This document shows, one piece after another, positions 19,102 through 25,923 of a stretch of 39,061 nt of DNA. How positions within the stretch are numbered: the stretch's first letter is position 1; every line of letters begins with the position of its first letter. The stretch is taken from the IMG/VR virus record IMGVR_UViG_3300021431_000077, positions 1 through 39,061 of that record; one strand, written 5' to 3'. A program made the position numbers and the translations under genes. This stretch comes from a virus (lineage: Duplodnaviria > Heunggongvirae > Uroviricota > Caudoviricetes). Under the pieces are notes generated by a model. It was given only the letters and a program-made list of their open reading frames with translations, made no database searches and was not told the DNA's origin.

Positions 19102-19486
19102 TGACGACGTAAAGGAACAGTCAAGGTTTCAAACCTACTTTCCTGCGTCAGATTGGACCGTGAGTCCTTTCAGAAGATTGACATTTCGGCTTTGCAAAAG
19201 TTGCTAGGTTGATAACCTTACTCACACATGATAGTCTTGGCAATGGACTGTGTTGGGTGATTTAAACAATCATGACGTTAAGAACGGTGTACCCGTAGGT
19301 GAGGGAACCGTCAGCAGCAATGTTGAAGACGCCTTGTTCGATACAGGTCGGAAGGCATCGTTCTTGCGTTTTCTTTTTTAGGCTCCTTCATATGGAGGGG
19401 TCTAAATAAGGAAACGCTCACGTTTCCTAGCGGCTAATAACCGCTATGCCGTACAACGGTGGTGCTGGAAGCACCTTAAAAACTTG

Positions 19487-19560
19487 CGGGGTGTAGCTCA
19501 GTCTGGTAGAGCGCCTGCTTTGGGAGCAGGATGTCGTCAGTTCGAATCTGGCTACCCCGA
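19487..19560 (+). tRNA. tRNA-Pro(TGG)
   Basis: Cloverleaf; cctgc-tt TGG ga-gcagg. Confidence 0.93.
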
Positions 19561-19932
19561 CTATTGTCCGAGTGGAGATGATACAAGTAAGCCCGTTCAA
19601 GGTATATCCTTTTGGGGCTAGTGCAGTAGCATAAGTTGCGGGATAGAGGCTGGGAAGGCTGTATGGATGGCCCAGTAATGCGCTACTCGGATGATTAAAG
19701 TGGTTTTGTCAGTTTGGCGGCTCCTATGTGGTTAACCATGGGATGTCGAGACCATCACCTAAAACAAACTGAATATTATGGTACAGGGTTGAATGGCTGG
19801 TCTGTTGCCTCCATACGTGGTTTACCCCAATGTTAAAAGTGGTAGGTTCGTGAGCTTTGAGTAAAGCTCTCTGCGACCAATCCTGTCGCACCCATGACAA
19901 CATGTGAAAGGGGTGGTGCCCATGGATATTAT

Positions 19933-20005
19933 TGACATGTAGCTCAGTTGGTAGAGTAGCGGACTGTTAATCCGTTCGTCACTGGTTCGAGTCCAGTCAT
20001 GTCAG
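19933..20005 (+). tRNA. tRNA-Asn(GTT)
   Basis: gcgga-ct GTT aa-tccgt. Confidence 0.93.
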
Positions 20006-20593
20006 CTAAATTTAAAAGGATGTTGACATAGGTTATGGCATAGTTCCCAGGTGGTAGTTAACTACCGCATATACATCCGCTGAAACGAAATTTGTAGGCC
20101 AGTACGGAGTGCGCAGGAAGTCTGGTCGGGACGGTAGGGACAGTAAAGCAAAACGACGCCCCAAGTTTAGATTGGAACTCTGGGTAGCTCCCAGAAACAT
20201 CCGCAGGTGAAAAGCGGCCCCTAATAGGTTGTGATAATCGTGATGGTAGCTCCATCGTGGGAACCCAACCGAAAAGGGCGGCCTATTAGCCTGAGCATTT
20301 AAAAACGGGGCTTCGCAGGTGTTTAGCATTTACTCTGCGGAGAAGATGAAGGTACTGGCGTCCAATGCTTGTATAAGTCAGTTATACCATGCATCAGTGA
20401 AGTTTTTATCCATTTGTGCGGATATCGACCGTTCTTCACAGTTTTTTCGTTGTAGTTTAGTTGGTAAAACGGGCGAAAGTTGAGTTCTGCCTTGCCAGTT
20501 AAAAGCACTAATCCGTCTGCTATAGAAATGACGGAGAGACCTTCTGACAGTTAATACGGGAAAGTCCCAAACCAGGGTTAAGCTGTCATTTTT

Positions 20594-20666
20594 GCCTGGG
20601 TAGCTCAGTTGGTAGAGCGACGCATTTGTAATGCGTTGGTCGGGAGTTCGAGCCTCTCCGCAGGCG
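20594..20666 (+). tRNA. tRNA-Thr(TGT)
   Basis: acgca-tt TGT aa-tgcgt. Confidence 0.92.
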
Positions 20667-20681
20667 CTAATTTATTTTCAT

Positions 20682-20752
20682 TCACGTTTAGCTTAACTGG
20701 AAGAGTTGCCTGTCTGCAGCGGGAAACAAAGGTTCGATTCCTTTAACGTGAG
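20682..20752 (+). tRNA. Atypical tRNA with TGC anticodon (no Ala G3:U70, C33)
   Basis: tcacgtt/aacgtga acceptor, T arm aaagg-ttcgatt-ccttt, loop tc TGC ag. Confidence 0.55.
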
Positions 20753-20760
20753 CTATTTAT

Positions 20761-20833
20761 TGCCGATTCGCCAAGCTGGTAAGGCACAGGATTCTGAATC
20801 CTGTATTCGGGCGTTCGAACCGCTCATCGGCAA
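20761..20833 (+). tRNA. tRNA-Gln(CTG)
   Basis: cagga-tt CTG aa-tcctg. Confidence 0.9.
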
Positions 20834-20846
20834 CTATGAAGAAATT

Positions 20847-20920
20847 CGCGGGGTGGAGCAGTTGGTAGCTTGTTGGGCTCATAACCCAAAGGTCGCAGCG
20901 TTCGAGTCCTGCCCCCGCTA
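20847..20920 (+). tRNA. Initiator tRNA-fMet(CAT)
   Basis: C1:U72 mismatch, three G:C pairs in anticodon stem (ttggg-ct CAT aa-cccaa). Confidence 0.9.
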
Positions 20921-20927
20921 CTAATTC

Positions 20928-21016
20928 GATTGTCCAAGGGTCGTCATGACGGCATTTGGTAAAGTTCGAAGCCTATCAAGTGGAAGGTTAAATTCCTTCA
21001 CGATTCTTGGACAATC
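20928..21016 (+). ncRNA. tRNA-like RNA with 17-bp terminal stem and T-arm
   Basis: gattgtccaagggtcgt/acgattcttggacaatc; gaagg-ttaaatt-ccttc directly before the 3' strand. Confidence 0.55.
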
Positions 21017-21022
21017 ATTTTT

Positions 21023-21096
21023 GCCGCTGTAGCTCAGTGTGGTAGAGCGTTGGTCTGAAGAACCAAGCGTCAGAGGTTCGACTCCTCTCGGCGGCA
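21023..21096 (+). tRNA. tRNA-Phe(GAA)
   Basis: ttggt-ct GAA ga-accaa. Confidence 0.93.
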
Positions 21097-21100
21097 CTAC

Positions 21101-21167
21101 ACATAGGTGAAATAAAGTAGGTGCCCACCGTGTGGGATTTTGGTGGTTCTAAACCACCCACCTATGT
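21101..21167 (+). ncRNA. tRNA-like RNA (9-bp acceptor-like stem, triloop hairpin, T-arm, no D-arm)
   Basis: acataggtg/cacctatgt; cccac-cgt-gtggg; ggtgg-ttctaaa-ccacc. Confidence 0.55.
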
Positions 21168-21173
21168 CGTTAT

Positions 21174-21247
21174 CCGCAGCTATAGCAATTGGTTAGATAG
21201 CCACTCTGATAAGGTGGAGGTTCCTGGTTCGAGTCCAGGGTTGCGGA
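21174..21247 (+). tRNA. tRNA-Ile(GAT)
   Basis: ccact-ct GAT aa-ggtgg. Confidence 0.88.
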
Positions 21248-21258
21248 CTACAATTTTT

Positions 21259-21332
21259 GGCGCTATCGAATAACTGGCCTAGTTCATCGCCCTTTCACGG
21301 CGGCAATACGGGTTCGAGTCCCGTTGGCGCTA
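21259..21332 (+). tRNA. tRNA-Glu(TTC)
   Basis: tcgcc-ct TTC ac-ggcgg. Confidence 0.9.
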
Positions 21333-21338
21333 CTACAT

Positions 21339-21411
21339 TCCGACGTAGCTCAGCTGGTAGAGCAGGGCTTTCGTAAAGCTCAGGTCGTAAGTTCGAGTCT
21401 TACTGTCGGAG
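21339..21411 (+). tRNA. tRNA-Thr(CGT)
   Basis: gggct-tt CGT aa-agctc. Confidence 0.9.
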
Positions 21412-21642
21412 TTAGAAAACATCTGGCTAAATGTCCGTCATTGAGGGCCAGACCCGTTTCGTTCGGATATCGATGGACGGGAGGCGTGATGAAGCCTGCT
21501 ATTAAAAGGTAACGATACCCATCTAGGTCTATGTAAGGGCTGGTAGGTGAGCCCGTTCGCAACATAGATGACAAACCGATGGCCTCGGCGACAAGCGGAA
21601 AGGATGCCGTAACCCCCGCAGCTCCTCGAATTCATCAAACTT

Positions 21643-21716
21643 CGGAATATAGCTCAGTCTGGTAGAGCGCTTGCTTCGGGAGCAAGAGGTCGTAGGTCCA
21701 AATCCTGCCATTCCGA
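21643..21716 (+). tRNA. tRNA-Pro(CGG)
   Basis: cttgc-tt CGG ga-gcaag; T-loop TCCAAAT. Confidence 0.88.
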
Positions 21717-21719
21717 CTA

Positions 21720-21987
21720 AAACACAAATGAGTAGAACCCGTGTTGCATCATTCTTGATTTCATGCTAGCGGGCTAACCCAGATGGGGAAAACTCTGGGA
21801 TGAGGAATCTGTCTCTGCGAATTAGATGAATACCAGAATGATGGTCGCAGAGGTGTAGTATTGGCTCTACTAAAATATGCCACGTGAGACCATTTGAAAT
21901 AAGAATGGGGGAGATAAACTTTGGGTTAACCACCAAGTGTGCTCCTTAATCCGACCTTGAAATTAGGCCGCCTGTAAGTTTGTGTTT
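21720..21987 (+). ncRNA. Candidate pseudoknotted structured RNA (~270 nt)
   Basis: aaacacaaa/tttgtgttt terminal stem; catcattct/agaatgatg; crossing helix ctctgcga/tcgcagag. Confidence 0.5.
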
Positions 21988-21995
21988 TCATTTAT

Positions 21996-22068
21996 GGCTC
22001 CATAGAATAATGGCTTAGTTCGCTGCCCTCTCAAGGCGGAAATTCGGGTTCGAAGCCCGATGGAGCTA
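21996..22068 (+). tRNA. tRNA-Glu(CTC)
   Basis: ctgcc-ct CTC aa-ggcgg. Confidence 0.9.
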
Positions 22069-22079
22069 CTATAAAATCT

Positions 22080-22198
22080 GGTGCTTATTATATTCTATTT
22101 TGCGCTTCTATAAAAGTTATCTATGATAACTGAAGCTGCCAACTGTGTTGGTGGAGGGAATATTGGTTCGAGTCCAGTCAAAACGTATAGTAAGTACC
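22080..22198 (+). ncRNA. tRNA-like RNA with extended terminal stem and T-arm
   Basis: ggtgcttatta/tagtaagtacc; ttttg/caaaa; attgg-ttcgagt-ccagt; triloop hairpins. Confidence 0.5.
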
Positions 22199-22206
22199 TT
22201 CTTTTT

Positions 22207-22289
22207 GCAGCCATGCTGAAATTGGTAGCCAGGCCAGCCTGTCACGCTGGTGTCCTATGGGCGTGCGAGTTCAAGTCTCGCTGGTTGCG
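22207..22289 (+). tRNA. tRNA-Asp(GTC) with long variable arm
   Basis: ccagc-ct GTC ac-gctgg; variable stem gtcc-tat-gggc; G73. Confidence 0.85.
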
Positions 22290-22296
22290 CTAATAT

Positions 22297-22371
22297 ACTT
22301 CCATAGCTCAGTTGGTTCAGAGCGCTTGCCTTACAAGCAAGGGGTCATAGGTTCGAATCCTATTGGGAGTA
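22297..22371 (+). tRNA. tRNA-Val(TAC)
   Basis: cttgc-ct TAC aa-gcaag. Confidence 0.93.
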
Positions 22372-22381
22372 CGAATTTACC

Positions 22382-22452
22382 CCCTCAGTAGTGTAATGGC
22401 AGCACAAGGGATTGTGATTCCCTTAGTTCGAGTTCGAATCTCGGCTGGCGGA
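22382..22452 (+). tRNA. tRNA-His(GTG), atypical acceptor end
   Basis: aggga-tt GTG at-tccct; A73 and no genomic G-1. Confidence 0.8.
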
Positions 22453-22623
22453 CTAAAATCAAAAACAGTATAAAAATCGTCATAGTTTATCCGCTGTTCT
22501 ATGACAGAGTTTTTGCTCTTGCAAGGCGGTCTCCGTCAATTAAGTCAATCATGTCGAGACGGACATGGGATGTCGGAGGGCGTGACCCCTGCTCGGTGTC
22601 AGGCTAAAACGCCGCCATTTTAT

Positions 22624-22697
22624 GCTCTCGTAGCTCAACTGGATAGAGCGCCAGACTACGAATCTGGAGGTTGCAAGTTCGAGCCTTGCCGAGAGTA
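22624..22697 (+). tRNA. tRNA-Arg(ACG)
   Basis: ccaga-ct ACG aa-tctgg. Confidence 0.93.
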
Positions 22698-22705
22698 CGA
22701 GTTTT

Positions 22706-22791
22706 AGAGGTGAGTTGGCTGGCGCATCACGCGGTCTTGAAAACCGTTTGGGGTTAATAGCCCCTCGCAGGTTCGATTCCTGTCACCTCTG
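22706..22791 (+). tRNA. tRNA-Ser(TGA)
   Basis: gcggt-ct TGA aa-accgt, long variable arm, G73. Confidence 0.88.
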
Positions 22792-22963
22792 CGAATTTTG
22801 AAAAGGTTCATTAGTGTTCTCCTCGCAAAAGAGCTAATGACAGGTTGAAAGATGCGAGGTCTTTACGAACCTGAGGTTGCAACGTACTACAACTGGAGAA
22901 GTTTGAGGTTGCACATGATGACGTACCTGATATGAAAGGGAAACCCAAAAGCGTCATCTTCCC

Positions 22964-23036
22964 TGCGGTGTAGCTCAGTTGGTAGAGCAACGGAATCATA
23001 ATCCGTGTGTCAACGGTTCAAGTCCGTTCTCCGCAA
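22964..23036 (+). tRNA. tRNA-Met(CAT), elongator type (Met versus Ile2 not resolved)
   Basis: acgga-at CAT aa-tccgt. Confidence 0.85.
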
Positions 23037-23150
23037 CTATGCAGCTCGGCAGTTAAATAATGCCGTTTCTGACAAAGATAAGGTTGGTCAGTATAAAGCG
23101 CTTCAACAACATAAGAACCTAAAGCAACGGGGGCTGCTATAATTTTAAAT

Positions 23151-23232
23151 CGGGTTGTGGCGGAATTGGTAGACGCGCACCGTTCAGGGCGGTGTTCTGA
23201 GAGGAGTGTGAGTTCGATTCTCACCAACCCGA
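23151..23232 (+). tRNA. tRNA-Leu(CAG)
   Basis: caccg-tt CAG gg-cggtg, variable arm, A73. Confidence 0.9.
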
Positions 23233-23295
23233 CGCTGACAAGTTTTTGACAAGCAAAGATTTTTGTCAAATTTTCAACTTTTTTGACAAAACGGG

Positions 23296-23324
23296 TTGAC
23301 AGTTGTCAATTATCTTTCTATATT
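23296..23324 (+). promoter_or_regulatory. Internal sigma70-type promoter for the second half of the RNA operon (includes the Y-like RNAs and Ro60)
   Basis: TTGACA-17 nt-TATATT, flanked by several extra TGACA boxes. Confidence 0.75.
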
Positions 23325-23384
23325 TCAGGACGTGGTTGACACGAGATGCCAACTCGCTGATTTACAGTTCGGTTTTGCAATTAT

Positions 23385-23457
23385 GGGGTATTAGCTCAGT
23401 TGGTAGAGCACCTGCTTTGCAAGCAGGGGGTCAGGAGTTCGAATCTCCTATGCTCCA
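23385..23457 (+). tRNA. tRNA-Ala(TGC)
   Basis: cctgc-tt TGC aa-gcagg; G3:U70. Confidence 0.95.
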
Positions 23458-23692
23458 CGAATTTTAATGATACAGGCATACAACCGATTCATTGGAGCAA
23501 CAATAATCGGTGGCGATTAAATCGGCTTTGGATGTGCTAGTCCGAGACAGAGGTATTCAGCCGATTGACTGACTGGGCGACCATTAATGTATGCTGAATC
23601 GATGTGGACCACAGGTGTGCGGTGCGACAGGGGAAGGTTAACCCTTCTTACGAGTCCCCTCGGGTCGAGTATCATTATTTCTTTTTTCTTTT

Positions 23693-23781
23693 GGGTTGAC
23701 TGCGAGGATGGTGGTTTCGCAACGGACTGTAAATCCGTTCCCTCTGGGTAAACGCTGTAGGTTCGACTCCTATTCAACCCA
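23693..23781 (+). tRNA. tRNA-Tyr(GTA)
   Basis: acgga-ct GTA aa-tccgt, long variable arm. Confidence 0.88.
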
Positions 23782-23785
23782 CTAA

Positions 23786-23857
23786 AAGTCAGTGTCGTTT
23801 GAAAGCGTTACTTAGGATGAAGCTAAAAAGAACACGCTTTCTCTTTTTACCTGACTT
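23786..23857 (+). ncRNA. Small Y-RNA-like hairpin (module A)
   Basis: aagtcag/ctgactt terminal stem; TGTCG opposite TCTTTTT internal loop; gaaagcgt/acgctttc stem; TACTT. Confidence 0.6.
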
Positions 23858-23864
23858 CTTTTGT

Positions 23865-23993
23865 TCCAGGATAGCTCAGTTGGTTAGAGCACGTAAAACA
23901 CCTGTTCGCCTTTTTCTCCCGCAAGGGTTGCGATAGAATGGGTTACTTAGCCTGTTAAGCTCGGGGTCGTAGGTTCGAGTCCTGCTCCTGGTA
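23865..23993 (+). ncRNA. tRNA-Asn(GTT) body carrying a 55-nt structured insert (23894-23948) in the anticodon stem
   Basis: Intact D and T arms; removing the insert gives cgagc-ct GTT aa-gctcg and a 74-nt tRNA. Confidence 0.75.
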
Positions 23994-24005
23994 CTAATAA
24001 ATTTC

Positions 24006-24094
24006 ATCCAGTGTCGATAGAAACCGTTACTTCGCTCTGTCTTTTACACAGATTTGCCCTAACGGGCGTAATCGGTTTCGCTTTTTACCTGGAT
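24006..24094 (+). ncRNA. Y-RNA-like hairpin with two apical stem-loops (module B)
   Basis: atccag/ctggat; TGTCGATA opposite GCTTTTT; gaaaccg/cggtttc; TTACTT. Confidence 0.6.
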
Positions 24095-24097
24095 TTC

Positions 24098-24223
24098 CCC
24101 AGTGTAGCTCAGTTGGTAGAGCGCGTAAAAGACCTGTTTGCTTTTCTCCCGCAAGGGTTGCGATAGAATGGGTTACTTAGTCTGCAAAACTCGTGGTCAC
24201 AGGTTCGAGTCCTGTCGCTGGGT
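24098..24223 (+). ncRNA. tRNA-Cys(GCA) body carrying a 53-nt structured insert (24126-24178) in the anticodon stem
   Basis: Removing the insert gives cgagt-ct GCA aa-actcg and a 73-nt tRNA with U73; 39 nt identical to the segment at 23912-23950. Confidence 0.75.
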
Positions 24224-24493
24224 CTAAACAATCTTTCCGTTTCAGCGTAGCAGCAAACGGTGCCAAATCGCAGGTGGCACACCAAACCGTATGAGTATCC
24301 ATTCCGTGGCTGGATGTGGTGAAATGACACAAGGTGATTCTTGCGGATATATCGGTCGCTCCGATGAAATTTCCTTTTGTAAACGGCTGTTTCGCACAGC
24401 GCAAGCTCCCTTTCGGAAACAAAAGTTAAAAGGGATTATGATAGCGGATAACCAACGCCAATGGTGATATGCGAAGGAACAAATGCGAGGCTA

Positions 24494-24567
24494 GGGACCT
24501 TAGCTCAGTTGGTGAGAGCAGCGGACTCATAACCCGTCGGTCCCCGGTCCAAGTCCGGGAGGTCCCA
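24494..24567 (+). tRNA. tRNA with CAT anticodon, Ile2-like
   Basis: gcgga-ct CAT aa-cccgt; gggacct/aggtccc acceptor; T-loop TCCAAGT. Confidence 0.8.
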
Positions 24568-24895
24568 GAGTCTTGCTTTCTTACCGTTTGTTTACTGTGA
24601 CGACATTGCAAATCAAACGGCCTCTAAAGTTGGAAGTAAAAAGGGCAGGAAGGATATGGCGTCGAAAACCGTATCTGGTAATGCGGGTGAACTTCACATG
24701 AGGATAGTTCTATGCCTCGGAGAGTTTCAAATAGATAGCGTTTCGCACCGTCCCGAGATGAAGGTGGGGTGTCAGCGACCCAAAGAGCTGATGGTGCAAT
24801 AGATTGGTGCACAAATCTTAGCCTCCAGGTTTGGTGCAGTTCGGACTTCGGCTCGTCCTGTGTCGTGACTCGATTTCACGAAGGTTAACTAATAT

Positions 24896-24968
24896 GCGGA
24901 TGTAGCTCAATTGGTAGAGTTCCTGCCCTCCAAGCAGGTTGTTGTGGGTTCGAGTCCCATTATCCGCT
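24896..24968 (+). tRNA. tRNA-Gly(TCC)
   Basis: cctgc-cc TCC aa-gcagg (C33), U73. Confidence 0.88.
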
Positions 24969-24975
24969 CGAATTT

Positions 24976-25048
24976 GAGTTCGTAGCTCAGATGGTAGAGC
25001 AATAGACTTTTAATCTATGGGTCGCGAGTTCGACTCTCGCCGAGCTCA
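24976..25048 (+). tRNA. tRNA-Lys(TTT)
   Basis: ataga-ct TTT aa-tctat. Confidence 0.93.
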
Positions 25049-25057
25049 CGAAAATAA

Positions 25058-25130
25058 GCTTCATTAGCTCAGTTGGTAGAGCAGTTGCCTCTTAAGCATC
25101 GGGTCCAAGGTTCGAGCCCTTGATGGAGCA
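25058..25130 (+). tRNA. tRNA-Lys(CTT)
   Basis: gttgc-ct CTT aa-gcatc. Confidence 0.9.
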
Positions 25131-25139
25131 CTACATTAC

Positions 25140-25212
25140 TGGGGTATCGTCAAGTTGGTAAGACATGGGATTTTGATTCCCATATTCGTTGGTTCGAGTC
25201 CAGCTACCCCAA
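25140..25212 (+). tRNA. tRNA-Gln(TTG)
   Basis: tggga-tt TTG at-tccca. Confidence 0.92.
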
Positions 25213-25214
25213 CG

Positions 25215-25810
25215 AAATAGGCACTGAAAGATGGTCATGTGTTGCAAGACACGTTATAAAATCCAAAGGTTGCGGAGAAATCCACATAACGGGTGCCAAC
25301 ACGAATTTCCACAATCACTAAAAATGACTGCCGTCTTCGCCCCAATGCAGTTGGCGGTAGTTATGGATAGGACGCAGGTAGTTCACAGTGACTGGCATGC
25401 TACTATCCGTGTGATTCACAATGCATCATCCCGATGAGTTAAACCCTTATCGGTGAGGGCAGACTGCTCTCATTCCAGGTGTGGAAGTCAAGGGAAGACG
25501 ATGATGTACAAGTTCCTGTTCTTTCTAACAGGATATATTGCTCGAAGAAATGTTGGTATTGAGGGCTATGTATTCAGTGAATACTTGCTGCAACCATATA
25601 GCATTACGAGGAAGTTCCTCGGACATGTAATGGTGACAGCAATGTCAATGGATATTGAGCCAAGATAACATACGTCTCCGTGTTTTCAATCAGGTACTGT
25701 TCCCTGCGGTGAATCCGAAAACTGGCCGCATTGATTTGCGCATAGGTGCGGATGATTGCCTCTATAAGAGCACGGCTTACCATTCAGCTCGTTACGAAAG
25801 AGAATGGATT
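25215..25810 (+). ncRNA. Candidate large (~600 nt) structured non-coding RNA
   Basis: No convincing ORF with an SD; more than ten short helices in tandem between two tRNA genes. Confidence 0.45.
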
Positions 25811-25812
25811 TC

Positions 25813-25898
25813 GCGCAAGTACCCAAGTGGTCGAAGGGGGAGGTCTGCAAAACCTCTAGGCCGAAAGGCTCGCGTAAGTCCGAATCTTACCTTGTGCT
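25813..25898 (+). tRNA. tRNA-Cys(GCA) with long variable arm
   Basis: gaggt-ct GCA aa-acctc; variable ggcc-gaaa-ggct; U73; T-loop TCCGAAT. Confidence 0.8.
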
Positions 25899-25923
25899 TA
25901 ATTTTAACAGTAATGGAGACTCT

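Noticed and set aside
19343-19362. SRP RNA helix 8 (caggtcggaagg)
   Set aside because: Partial resemblance only; the GCAG partner and the surrounding helix are missing.
20440-20560. Additional tRNA, RNase P RNA (gggaaagtcc) or YrlA-order T-acceptor-D unit
   Set aside because: Only a D-arm is present. There is no matching T arm or acceptor pairing and no RNase P 3' signature.
21478-21520. Hammerhead ribozyme (gtgatgaa...)
   Set aside because: The core is not CUGANGA and I could not build a GAAA/NUH arrangement with three stems.
23894-24178. Group I or group II introns in the tRNAs
   Set aside because: The inserts are only 53-55 nt and lack the P/Q/R/S core and the domain V/GUGYG signatures.
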